From an uncultured Candidatus Rokubacteria bacterium (GTDB taxonomy: Bacteria; Methylomirabilota; Methylomirabilia; Rokubacteriales; CSP1-6), in NCBI GenBank assembly GCA_963762145.1, contig CAVXJS010000011.1:192001-256000 (forward strand): a stretch of DNA of 64,000 bases. Reading direction: 5' to 3'. The notes beneath the pieces were generated by a model. It was not told the origin of the DNA. It ran no database searches and was given only the letters and a program-made list of their open reading frames with translations. Every line of letters starts with the position of its first letter. Within the stretch, counting starts at the first letter, position 1. The translations under genes were made by a program, and so were the position numbers. This document shows positions 18,648 to 28,500 of the stretch, piece after piece.

Positions 18648-18676
18648 ACCTTAAGAACCGGTCTCGATCCTGTCAA
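18648..18676 (-). promoter_or_regulatory. Sigma70-type promoter for the 80-aa gene
   Basis: TTGACA (18676-18671), 17-nt spacer, TAAGGT (18653-18648). Confidence 0.65.
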
Positions 18677-18838
18677 GGCTTCGTTTCGCCGCGACTCATG
18701 CGCGATTCGATGCACGTGAGGCCGTCGGCCTGCGTGAATGCTGTGTGCGGTGAGGGGCCTCGTGGTGGTGGACGATCAGAGCGTCACATTTCTGCGCCCC
18801 CCCTCTGGAACCGCGTCGGAACGTACGTTTTCCGCGAT

Positions 18839-18876
18839 TGTGGATCACTGTGGATAAGTGGATAACCTGTGGGTTA
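18839..18876. promoter_or_regulatory. Tandem DnaA-box cluster
   Basis: TGTGGATCA 18839-47, perfect TGTGGATAA 18849-57, AGTGGATAA 18857-65, TGTGGGTTA 18868-76 (reverse complement of TTATCCACA consensus). Confidence 0.7.
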
Positions 18877-19863
18877 TTTTCCGGCAGGTTGCAGCGCATC
18901 CAGAATGCGGCGCGCCAGCAGCGGGCCTCGCGTGATGAATCCGGTGAAGATTCCGCACGCGGTGGCGCCCGCGTCGAGGGCCTGCCGCGCCCGCGAGGGG
19001 CTGTCGATGCCCCCGGTGGCGATCAGCTCCAGGCGGTCGCCGAACCGCTCGCGCACCCGGCGCACGTTCTCGAGCGTGGTCCGGAACAGGGCGGGGCCAG
19101 AGAGGCCACCCGAGCGCTGCGACAGGCGCGGCTCGTCCACGCGGCGGGTATTACCGTAGTTGACGATGGTGATGCCGGCGTCGAGCGCGGCCGGGATCGT
19201 GATCTCCTCGTTGGTCTCGCGGAAGTCCGGCGAGATCTTGACGATCACCGGTTTGCGGGTGACCGCCCGCACCGCCCGGAAGACGTCCTTCAGCTCGTGC
19301 GGCCGCGTGGACCAGCCGTAGACCAGCTTGGTATTGGGCGAGGAGATGTTGATCTCGACGAGGTCGCCGAACTCCTGCAGGCCCTCCACCACTCGCACAT
19401 AGTCGTCGGCCGACTCCCCCGCCGCTGCCACGATGAGCGGGACGCGGTGCGGCAGCCGGGCCAGGGCCTGCCGGTAGGCCTCGAGGCCGGGATTCTTGAA
19501 GCCGTTGCAGTTCACGAGCCCGGGGCCGTCCGCGGTCTCGATGCGCACCAGGTTCGGCTCGGGATGGCCGGGGCGCGGCCCCGGGGTGATGCTCTTCGCG
19601 GTCACCGCACCCCAGCCGAGGCCCATGGCGCGGCGCAGGATCGCGGTGTCGTAGTACATGGACGAGAGGATGAGGGGATTCGGCAGGGGCACCCCACCGA
19701 GCGTGATCGCGAGGCGCGGATCCGCGTTGCGGAAGACGCCGAGGCGATCGAGGGGAACGTGCCGGAGACCCCATTGGCCGATCGCGATCGCGGCGCGCTC
19801 CGGCATGCGGGCCAGCACGCCGCGATAGAGCGCGCGGTAGAGAAGATCGACGGCGCCGACCAT
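18874..19863 (-). CDS. pyrD: Dihydroorotate dehydrogenase
   Basis: TAKSIT, GHPEPNLVR, NCNGFKNPG, EINISSPNT, VKISPD, GNT, GGLSG, IATGGI. Confidence 0.9.
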   Translation of the reverse strand: MVGAVDLLYRALYRGVLARMPERAAIAIGQWGLRHVPLDRLGVFRNADPRLAITLGGVPLPNPLILSSMYYDTAILRRAMGLGWGAVTAKSITPGPRPGHPEPNLVRIETADGPGLVNCNGFKNPGLEAYRQALARLPHRVPLIVAAAGESADDYVRVVEGLQEFGDLVEINISSPNTKLVYGWSTRPHELKDVFRAVRAVTRKPVIVKISPDFRETNEEITIPAALDAGITIVNYGNTRRVDEPRLSQRSGGLSGPALFRTTLENVRRVRERFGDRLELIATGGIDSPSRARQALDAGATACGIFTGFITRGPLLARRILDALQPAGK

Positions 19864-19894
19864 GTCGTGATGGCGCGCATGATATCCTACAAGC

Positions 19895-20077
19895 ATGCCG
19901 CAAGACAGCACGCGACGTCTGCTGCGGGAGTTCGGAGTCGCGGTCACCGCCTTCGAGGACGCGGTCGAGGGCGGGCAGGGTGAGGCTGCGAAGAAGGCCG
20001 AGGCCGCGCTGCGCCAGCACCTGAAGGGGCTGATCGAGCTGGTCGAGCGCCTGTCCGAGCAGGCCGCCAAGCTCTAA
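19895..20077 (+). CDS. Small helical hypothetical protein (60 aa)
   Basis: Fills the gap between pyrD and the next gene; typical GC3-rich codons, amphipathic helices. Confidence 0.55.
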   Translation: MPQDSTRRLLREFGVAVTAFEDAVEGGQGEAAKKAEAALRQHLKGLIELVERLSEQAAKL

Positions 20078-20086
20078 GCCGCGCCG

Positions 20087-20867
20087 GTGACGGCCCGGCG
20101 CATCGTCTCCCTCATCCCCAGCATCACCGAGATCCTCTTCGCCATCGGCGCGGGCGATCGCGTGGTGGGCTGCACGATCTACTGCACGCAGCCGCCCGAG
20201 GGGGTCGCGACCAAGACCCGGATCGGCGGGGAGAAGAATCCCAAGCTCGAGCTGATCCGGGAGCTCGGCACCGACCTGGTCATCGCCAACGTCGAGGAGA
20301 ACGTGCGCGAGCACGTGGAGACGCTCCAGGCCTGGGGCATTCCCGTGCACGTGACCTATCCCCGGAGCGTCGCGGACGGCATCCGCCTCGTGGGCGAGCT
20401 GGGCGAGCTGCTCGAGGCGGGAGCGCGCCGCGCGCGAGCTCGAGGCGTCGCTGCGGGGCGCGCTACGACGAGGTGCGCGCCGGGGCCGCGGGGCGCGGCC
20501 GCGGCGCGTGTTCTGCCCGATCTGGCGGAAGCCCTACATGACCATCAACGCCGACACCTACATCCACGACATGCTGGCGGTGTCGGGCGGGAGCAACGTC
20601 TTCGGCGGCGCGGCGAAGCGGTACCCGGAGGTCACCCTCGACGAGGTCGCGGCCTCGGACGCGGAGGTGATCCTGCTCCCGGACGAGCCCTACCGATTCC
20701 GCCGCATCCACGAGGCCGACTTCGCGCCCTATCCGGACCTACCCGCGGTGCGCGACGGGCGCGTGCACCTCGTGGATGGCAAGCTCCTGTCCTGGTATGG
20801 CCCGCGGATCGCGGAGGCGCTCCAGGTCCTGCCGCCGCTCCTGGGGTCGGAGGGGCCTGGACCTTAG
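20087..20867 (+). CDS. BtuF/TroA-like helical-backbone cobalamin/metal-binding protein (frameshifted ~20430-20500)
   Basis: RIVSLIPSITEILFAIG, GGEKNP, EEN, IWRKPYMT, LLPDEPYRF, DGKLLSWYGPR. Confidence 0.85.
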
Positions 20868-21409
20868 CGGCGGCGCTTCGCGGCGGTCTTCTTCGCCTTC
20901 GCCGGCCGGGTCGCGCGGGCGGCCTTCTTCGGGGCCGGGGCGGATACGGCGTTGAGCTCGAGGATCATCTCGATCTCGACCGGGATGCCCGCGGGCAGCG
21001 AGCCCATGCCGACCGCGGAGCGCGCGTGCCGGCCGTTCTCGCCGAACACCTCCACCATCAGGTCCGAGAAGCCGTTGATCACCTTGGGCTGATCGCCGAA
21101 GCTCTCGACCGCGTTCACCATCCCCAGGACCTTGACCACCCGCTTCACCTTGTCGAGGCTGCCCAGCGCCCGGCGGGCGGAGCCCAGCAGGTTGATCCCG
21201 ACCTCGCGGGCCACCTTGTAGGCCTCCTCGACGGACATGTCGCGCCCGACCTTGCCCCGCGTGAGCGGCTGGTCGCCGACGCGAATCGGTCCGTGGCCCG
21301 ACAGGAAGAGCAGGTTGCCGACGCGGACCGCGGGGATGTAGTTGCCCATCGGATTCGGGGGGTTGGGGAGCGTGATGCCGAGCTCCTTGATCCTGGCTTC
21401 TGCGCCCAT
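20864..21409 (-). CDS. RidA/YjgF family protein with basic C-terminal tail
   Basis: GNYIPAVRVGNLLFLSGHGP, NGFSDL..EVFGE.GRHARSAVG..LP...PVEIE. Confidence 0.9.
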   Translation of the reverse strand: MGAEARIKELGITLPNPPNPMGNYIPAVRVGNLLFLSGHGPIRVGDQPLTRGKVGRDMSVEEAYKVAREVGINLLGSARRALGSLDKVKRVVKVLGMVNAVESFGDQPKVINGFSDLMVEVFGENGRHARSAVGMGSLPAGIPVEIEMILELNAVSAPAPKKAARATRPAKAKKTAAKRRR

Positions 21410-21440
21410 GCGGGTCTCCTCTGAAGGCGGCGGAGTACGG

Positions 21441-21713
21441 CTACGCGGCGTGGTGGCTGGTCCCGACGAAGAAGAACGCGGCGCCGTCGTCGTCGGCGCG
21501 CCAGACAATGGCCTCGACGTCGACCGGCTCGGCGTGGGGCGGCTCGAGACGGAGATGCGCGGAGGTGCCGACCGGGAGAAGCGCCGCGTCCCGGCCGACC
21601 TTGACGCCGTGCGCGCACAGGTTCACGGTCTGCAGTCGGAGGATCTGATCCCCGCTCCGGACCGTGACCGGCCACGTGGCCGCCACGCGCGTGTACCGCC
21701 GATGCTCCTGCAC
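21441..21713 (-). CDS. Stand-alone PilZ domain protein
   Basis: RRYTR and NLCAHG (RxxxR and D/NxSxxG-like) motifs. Confidence 0.75.
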   Translation of the reverse strand: MQEHRRYTRVAATWPVTVRSGDQILRLQTVNLCAHGVKVGRDAALLPVGTSAHLRLEPPHAEPVDVEAIVWRADDDGAAFFFVGTSHHAA

Positions 21714-21788
21714 GCCCGGGAGTTTCGCACCGCGCCAGGGGCTTCACAAGGCCTTTTTCCGGTGAGCCGGCTCGTGCCAGAATGCGCC

Positions 21789-22586
21789 ATGAGCCCGCCC
21801 GCGATCCCATCGCCCGCCGCCACCCTGGTCCTGCTGCGCGACCGCCCCGCCGGTCCGGCCGAGATCCTGATGATCCAGCGCCACAGCAAGAGCAAGTTCG
21901 CGGCCGGGGACTACGTCTTCGCAGGGGGCAAGGTCGAGGCCGACGACATTCCCGGCGACGTCGAGCGCTTCGTGCGCGGGCTCAGCCCGGAGGAGGCGAG
22001 CGCCCGGCTCGGGGGTGATCTGGCCCCCCTCAAGGCGCTGGCCTACTGGGTGGGCGCGATCCGCGAGGCCTTCGAGGAAGTGGGCATGCTCCTGGCCTAC
22101 GATCGCCAGGGCAGCCTCGTGCGATTCACGCCGGACAACCGCGAGCGCTTCGAGGCCCACCGCGCGGCCTGCCAGTCCGCGAACCCGGCGTTCTTCGGCA
22201 TGCTGCGCGCGGAGGGTCTCACGCTGGCCACCGACCGGCTCACCTACTTCGCGCACTGGATCACGCCCGAGGAGCAGCCGCTCCGCTTCGATACGCGGTT
22301 CTTCGCGGCGGTGGCCCCGCCCCAGGAGCCGGTGGTGGACGGGCACGAGATCGTGGCCCTGCGCTGGCTGACGCCGCCGGAAGCCATGGACGCGTTCCGC
22401 CGCAAGGACATCACGCTGCGCCTGCCCACCATCAAGAATCTCGAGCTGGTTCAGAGCGGCGGCACGCGGTCGGACGAGATCCTCGGCTCGCTGCGGGGTC
22501 GCGCGGTCCCCACCATCCGCCCGCGCGTGCTGCAGGTGGACGGCAAGCCGGTGCCGGTTCTCCCCGGCGATCCTCGCTGGTACTAG
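21789..22586 (+). CDS. NUDIX hydrolase (NUDT19-like)
   Basis: AATLVLLRD, YVFAGGKVE, AIREAFEEVG, HWITP...RFDTRFF. Confidence 0.88.
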   Translation: MSPPAIPSPAATLVLLRDRPAGPAEILMIQRHSKSKFAAGDYVFAGGKVEADDIPGDVERFVRGLSPEEASARLGGDLAPLKALAYWVGAIREAFEEVGMLLAYDRQGSLVRFTPDNRERFEAHRAACQSANPAFFGMLRAEGLTLATDRLTYFAHWITPEEQPLRFDTRFFAAVAPPQEPVVDGHEIVALRWLTPPEAMDAFRRKDITLRLPTIKNLELVQSGGTRSDEILGSLRGRAVPTIRPRVLQVDGKPVPVLPGDPRWY

Positions 22587-22655
22587 GGGCGCTGGTACTG
22601 GCCGGACGGGCCCTGATATACTCGCGCTCCATCACCGCTCGAGGAGGCCGTTCCG

Positions 22656-23652
22656 ATGCGACTCGATCAGCTGACCGTGCAGGTGGCCCCCGAGGACGTC
22701 GAGCTCAAGAAGTGCTGGACCCGCGACAGCATCTCCCCGGAGGGGTGGCTGATTCCGCTGCCCGTCGACTGCGTCGCCGAGCTCGACGAGGTCGCGGCCC
22801 GCGTGCGGGCCACGCCCCGCCCGGTGGACACCCTGGACCCCGCGGACTTCTCGCTCCGGGCCTGCACCGCGGTCATGGCCTCCGTGCGGGCCAAGCTCGA
22901 GAGCGATACCGGTCTCGCGGTGGTGGATCGGTTCCCGGTCGAGCGGTATGGCCACGCGGAGAACCTGGCCATCGGCTGGCTGCTGGCCGCGATGCTCGGG
23001 CAGGTGGTCGCGCAGAAGGCCACCGGGACCCGCCTCTACGACGTGAAGGACTCCGGCCAGGCGCTGGGCTACGGGGTGCGCCGCTCGGTGACCAACCTGG
23101 GCCAGCCTTTCCACACCGACGGCGGCTGGCTGTGGAAGGCGCCCGCCTTCGTGGGCCTCTTCTGCCTCGAGTCGGCGATGGAGGGCGGCCTGAGCCGCTT
23201 CGCCAGCCTCGTCACCGCCCATCACGAGCTGCGGCGCCGCGCGGCCCGAGCTGCTCGCGCGCCTGTACCAGCCGTTCGACTGGGACCGGCAGGGCGAGCA
23301 CGCGCCGGATGCGCCGCGCGTGAGCCGCCAGCCGGTGTTCGAGTACGAGGCCGGCACGCTGGCCTCGCGCTACTACGAGGACTACGTCCGCAACGGGGCC
23401 AAGCTGGCCGGGGTCGAGCTCGACGACGAGGGCGACCGGGCGCTCGCGGCCATGCGCGAGATCGTGGACGATCCCGCCAGCTGGGTCGAGTTCCGCATCG
23501 AGAAGGGCCAGCTGCAGTACCTGAACAACCGCCAGTTCGCGCACAGCCGGACCGCCTTCCAGGACGCGGCTCCGGGGCAGGGACGCCACATGCTCCGCCT
23601 CTGGAATCGCGACGAGGGCACCTGGCATCTCGAGGGTCGCCCGACCGCCTGA
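22656..23652 (+). CDS. TauD/TfdA family Fe(II)/2-oxoglutarate dioxygenase (frameshift ~23240)
   Basis: FHTD facial-triad start, GG.SRF.S, NNRQFAHSRTAF, RHMLRLW in the second frame. Confidence 0.85.
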
Positions 23653-23666
23653 CGTCGTCCCGTCCG

Positions 23667-24389
23667 TTGACCCTCGAGACGGCGATCTACTCCGGGCTGG
23701 TGGTGCTGCTCGCGTACTGGGTTCGGGGCATGGCGGGCTTCGGCTCCGGGCTCATCGCGGTGCCCCTCCTGACGCTCATGTGGCCGGTCACGCTGGTGGT
23801 GCCGGTGGTGGTGGCGCTCGACTATCTGGGCTCGGCCAGCCAGGGCATCAAGAACGTGGACCAGGTGGCCTGGCCGGAGCAGCTCGTGCTCATCCCGTTC
23901 ATGGTGGTGGGGGTCGCAGCGGGGCTCTGGCTGCTCTACGCGGTGCCGACCTCGCTGCTCGCCCGTCTCCTGGGTGGCTTCGTCATCGCCTACGCGATCT
24001 ACCAGATGCTGCCGCTGCCCGAGCTGCGCGGCTCCCGCGTGGCCGCGAGCTATTGCGGGCTCCTGGGCGGCCTGGTCGGCACGCTCTTCGGTACCGGCGG
24101 GCCGTTCTACGTGATCTACCTCAACCTGCGCGGCCTCGATCGGGCCGTGTTCCGGGCGACCTTCGCGATGAACTTCCTGATCGACGGCGGCGTGCGGCTG
24201 GCCGCGTTCGTGGCCGCCGGGCTCTACCACCGCCAGACGTTCGGCTACCTGCTGGCCGCGGTCCCCATCGCGGGGGCCGGGCTCTACGTGGGCGGGCGCA
24301 TCCAGACCGGGCTCTCGCAGCGCGCGTTCCAGCTCGTGGTCCGCGTCCTGCTCCTGACCAGCGGCCTGGCCCTGCTCCTCAAGCGATAG
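23667..24389 (+). CDS. TauE/SafE family sulfite exporter
   Basis: RGMAGFGSGLIAVPLL, GGLVGTLFGTGGP, FRAT; multi-TM. Confidence 0.88.
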   Translation: MTLETAIYSGLVVLLAYWVRGMAGFGSGLIAVPLLTLMWPVTLVVPVVVALDYLGSASQGIKNVDQVAWPEQLVLIPFMVVGVAAGLWLLYAVPTSLLARLLGGFVIAYAIYQMLPLPELRGSRVAASYCGLLGGLVGTLFGTGGPFYVIYLNLRGLDRAVFRATFAMNFLIDGGVRLAAFVAAGLYHRQTFGYLLAAVPIAGAGLYVGGRIQTGLSQRAFQLVVRVLLLTSGLALLLKR

Positions 24390-24397
24390 GAGACCTG

Positions 24398-25360
24398 ATG
24401 AGACGCATCGCGTTCCCCGTGCTCGTGATCCTGGCCCTCGGGCTCCTGGCCGCGCCCGGCCGCCGCGCAGGAGAAGTACCCGTCGCGCCCGATCGACTTC
24501 GTGGTCACCTGGGGCGCGGGTGGCGGCGCCGACGCGATGGCGCGGCAGCTCGGCTCCCTGAGCCAGCCGCTGCTCGGCGTGGCCGCTGCCCGCTTCCAAT
24601 GTGCCGGGCGCCTCCGGCAATACCGGGCTCGCGCAGGTCCTGTCCGGCAAGCCCGACGGCTACACGCTCGCGACCTACATCCAGGACACGCTGATGACGC
24701 TGCCCATGGGCCTGGCGCGCTACAAGGTGGACGATCTGGAGTGGATCACGCGCACCCAGGTGGCCGACTCCTTCCTGTTCGTGCGCGCCGACGGCCCGTT
24801 CAAGACGATCCAGGAGCTGTTCAAGCACGCGGAGGCCAATCCGGGCAAGCTGCGCGTGGGCGCCACCGGCTTCGGCACGGTGGACGACGTCACCGTGCCG
24901 CTTCCTGGGCAATCGCGGCTACAAGATGATCACGGTGCCGTATCCCAAGCCGGGCGAGCGGTACGCGGCCGCCCTCGGCGGGCACACCGAGGTGCTCTAC
25001 GAGCAGGCCGGCGACGTGCTCCAGTACCTCAAGGCGGGGCAGCTCCGGCCGCTGATCATCTTTGCGGAGCGGCGCCATCCCGCGTTCCCGGACGTGCCCG
25101 CGTCGAAGGAGCTGGGGCTCGACATCACGCTGCCCCAGTTCCGCGGGGTGGTCGCGAAGAAGGGCACCCCGCCCGAGCGCGTGAAGGTGCTGGCCGACGC
25201 GTTCCAGAAGGCGATGCAGTCGCCGGAGTGGAAGAAGTTCGCCGAGGAGTGGTACTTCCGTCCCGACTCCTACCAGGGCACCACGGACTCCACGCGGTGG
25301 GTGGGCGGCGAGGTGGCCACCCTCGAGCGCCTCGTCAAGGAGTTCGGCCTCCGGCAGTAG
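24398..25360 (+). CDS. tctC: Tripartite tricarboxylate transporter substrate-binding protein (frameshifted)
   Basis: YPSRPIDFVV.WGAGGGAD, PGASG, PDGYTL, VPY..GE..AALGGH, FPDVP..KELG. Confidence 0.85.
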
Positions 25361-25361
25361 C

Positions 25362-25869
25362 ATGGGCTCGCGCGCGCGCGGCGGCCGCCCTGCTGGCGGG
25401 CGTGCTGGGCTCGGGGCTGCTCTTCGCGTCCACCTGGCCGCTCGACGCCATGGCGCCGCGCGGCCAGCTCGGCCCGGGCTTCTGGCCCCGCCTCGCCCTG
25501 ATCGGCCTCGCGGTGGCCTGCCTGCTGAAGCTCCGGGAGGAGCGGCGCGCCGGGCCGGACGGGACGGAGGCCTCCGGGGTCCTGCCGCGCGTGTCCGTCT
25601 CTCGCCTTGCTCTCGGCATCGCCTGCATCCTCGCGTACGTGATCGCGGCGCCGCAGGTGGGCTTCCCGCTGGCCACCGCCGCCTTCATCGTGGCCTTCAT
25701 GGTGGTGGCCGGCGCCCGGGGCGTGCCGGGCATCGCGGCCACCGCCCTGCTGGGCACCGTGATCCTGCTCTACACCTTCATCAAGCTCGTATACCTGCCG
25801 TTCCCGAAGGGCGCCGCCCCCTTCGAGCGCGTCACCCTGGCGCTCTACCGCGCCCTCGGCATCTTCTGA
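25362..25869 (+). CDS. tctB: Tripartite tricarboxylate transporter small membrane subunit (indel near start)
   Basis: LGPGFWP, four TM segments, F.KL..LPFPKG. Confidence 0.8.
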
Positions 25870-25879
25870 TTCGCCGCGC

Positions 25880-27370
25880 GTGATCGAGAGCCTTCTCGGC
25901 CTGGGCACGGGGTTCCAGCACGCGGTGCAGCCGCTGAACCTCGGCATGATCGCGCTCGGCCTGGTCATCGGCATCCTGGCCGGCGCGCTGCCCGGCATCA
26001 CCATGCTCAACTCGATCGTGCTGGTGCTGCCGTTCACCTACCTGATGGGCATCGTGCCCGCGCTGCTGCTCATGATCGGGGTCTACTGCGGTGGAGTCTT
26101 CGGGGGCTCGATCACCGGCATCCTCTTCAATATCCCGGGCGATCCCATGAACGTGCCTACCACCTGGGAGGGCTACCAGCTGAGCCAGCAAGGGCGCACC
26201 CAGTACGCGCTCGGGCTCGCCATCATGTCCTCCGCGGTGGGCGGGCTGGTGAGCGCGCTCTTCCTGGCCTTCTTCGCGCCGCCCTTCGCCCGCTTCGCGC
26301 TGACGCTGTCGAGCGTGGAGTTCTTCTCGGTGGTGCTGTTCGGCCTGGCCGGGGTCTCGGTCCTGAACCAGTCCTCGCTACCCGCCGCGCTCATCTCGCT
26401 CTTCGCGGGCTTGTTCCTCGGCACCATGGGCACCGAGGCCCAGTACGGGGTGGAGCGCTTCGCCTTCGGCGTGCCCTTCCTCAAGACCGGGGTGGACTTC
26501 GTCACCGTGCTGATCGGCCTCTTCGCCATCGGCGAGGTGCTGGAGCAGATCGTCACCGCCCAGCCGCGAATCGCCACGCGTGGACCGGCGCGGACGGTGC
26601 CCCGGCTGCCCCTGCGGGATCTCTGGCCGCTGCGCGGGCCGCTGGCGCGGGGCACGCTGGTGGGCATCGCGGTGGGTGGCCTCGCGGGGGCGGGCGCGAC
26701 CGTGTCGTCCTTCGTGTCCTACGGGCTCGAGAAGCAGTTCTCGAAGACGCCCGAGCTCTTCGGCCGGGGCCACGCGGGGGCGCTGGTCGCCTCCGAGAGC
26801 AGCGTGAACGGCTCGACCGGCGGGGCCATGATCCATCTCCTCACGCTCGGCATCCCGGGCAGCGCGGCCACCGCGGTGATGATGGGCGCGTTCCTCATCC
26901 ACGGTATCCAGCCGGGGCCGCTGCTCTTCACGAAGCAGCCGGAGCAGGTCTACACGCTCTTCGCGGGGATGATCCTGGCCAACGTGCTGATGGTGGCCTT
27001 CGGGTTCCTGGCCGCGATGTGCTTCGCCACCCTCATGCGCGTGCCCGCCCCGATCCTGAACACCCTGATCGTGGTCTTCTGCTTCATCGGGGCCTTCGCG
27101 CTGCGCAACGACATGGCCGACGTCTGGCTGACGATGCTCTTCGGGGTGATCGGCTTCTTCATGCGCCGGTACGACCTGCCCATCCCGCCGCTGGTCATGG
27201 GGGTGATCCTGGGCCCGATGGCCGAACAGTACTTCCTCACCAGCATGGTCGCGCACGGCAATGACCTCACCGTGTTCGTGACGCGGCGGGTGAGCGCGGT
27301 GATCCTGGGCCTGGCCGTGCTGCTGGTGCTGGCCCCGTCGCTCAGGCGGCTGCGCCGCGGGGCCGCCTGA
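25880..27370 (+). CDS. tctA: Tripartite tricarboxylate transporter large permease
   Basis: GALPGI, GGSITGIL.NIPG, IGLFAIGE, LLTLGIPGS, HGIQPGP.LF. Confidence 0.93.
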   Translation: MIESLLGLGTGFQHAVQPLNLGMIALGLVIGILAGALPGITMLNSIVLVLPFTYLMGIVPALLLMIGVYCGGVFGGSITGILFNIPGDPMNVPTTWEGYQLSQQGRTQYALGLAIMSSAVGGLVSALFLAFFAPPFARFALTLSSVEFFSVVLFGLAGVSVLNQSSLPAALISLFAGLFLGTMGTEAQYGVERFAFGVPFLKTGVDFVTVLIGLFAIGEVLEQIVTAQPRIATRGPARTVPRLPLRDLWPLRGPLARGTLVGIAVGGLAGAGATVSSFVSYGLEKQFSKTPELFGRGHAGALVASESSVNGSTGGAMIHLLTLGIPGSAATAVMMGAFLIHGIQPGPLLFTKQPEQVYTLFAGMILANVLMVAFGFLAAMCFATLMRVPAPILNTLIVVFCFIGAFALRNDMADVWLTMLFGVIGFFMRRYDLPIPPLVMGVILGPMAEQYFLTSMVAHGNDLTVFVTRRVSAVILGLAVLLVLAPSLRRLRRGAA

Positions 27371-28500
27371 GCGCGGCAGGGCGAGCGCGGCGGCGAGCAC
27401 GCCCTGGGCGAGCGCCGCCAGCGCCATGCCGCGGTAGCCGCCGCTGCCGATCGCGGCGGCGCCCGCCGCGGCGCCGATCACGAGCCCGCTCTGGTTGGTG
27501 AGCGCGATGAGCCCGAAGAGGGCGCCCGCTGGCGGGGCGCCAGCTCGGAGCCGTAGGCCAGGAACGCCGGGCGGCTCGCCGAGTTGCAGAGGGTCAGCAG
27601 TATCGCGAGCGCCACGACCGGCGCGAGCGCGAGCCCCGCGCCGAAGAGGGTCAGGCCGAGGCCCGCGCTGACGATCTGGAAGATGACGAAGATCCCGGGC
27701 TTGCTGAAGCGATCCCCGAGCCGTCCGCCCAGCACATTGCCCGTGATGGCTCCGATCGCGACCAGGACGAGGACGGGCGCCACGCCCACCGCGCTCAGGT
27801 GAAGGTCAGCATGACGAAGGCGGGGAGGAAGATCACCACCATGCCGAAGAGGGAGCGCTCCAGGAGGTTCGCCCCGAGCAGGTTGAGCGCGCGGCACGCC
27901 CCAGACCGCGCGGTAGGTGGCGATCACGCTGGTGCCGGAGACCATCGGCGGGATGTCCGGGAACCACCGCCACACCGCCGCGCCGAGCAGCAGCATCACG
28001 ACGACCGATGGCCACGAAGGCCCAGCGCCAGCCGAGCGTGCCGGCCACCGCGCCCATCAGCGGCACGCCGCCGATCGCCGCGAAGCTGAAGCCCATGTTG
28101 AACCAGCCCATCGCGCGGGCCCGGCGCTCGGCCGGGAACAGATCGCCGACCGAGGCCATGAGGCTGATCGGCGCGAGCGAGCCCAGCAGCCCGGCGAGGA
28201 AGCCCACCACCACGAGCGCTGCGGAGCTCGGCGCCGCGCGCCCCGAGGCTCCAGCGCCGCCACGCTGCCGAACGCGGCGACGTCTTCGGCTTGCGCCCAG
28301 CCGATCCGACAGCAGGCCCGAGAACGGCGAGAACAGCGCCTGCGGCACGCCCGCCGCCGCGGCCAGCAGGCCGCCTGGCCCAGCGAGATCCCCAGGTCCC
28401 GCGAGATGTCCACCAGCAGCGGCCCGATCATCGTCACCGACGTGACGATCCCGGTCACGCCCGCGGTGATCAGGATCATGGGGTCAGGTCTCATGTTCAT
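27342..28500 (-). CDS. MFS transporter, heavily frameshifted; 3' end approximate
   Basis: GLLSDRLG, GDLFPAERRARAMG, LGWRWAF, GGRLGDR across several frames. Confidence 0.7.

Noticed and set aside
18680-18838. Possible ncRNA in the intergenic gap
   Set aside because: No recognisable tRNA, tmRNA, SRP, 6S or riboswitch motif; an Rfam scan would be needed
22656-24389. TauD-TauE fusion
   Set aside because: Artefact of the ~23240 frameshift; the true TauD frame stops at 23652
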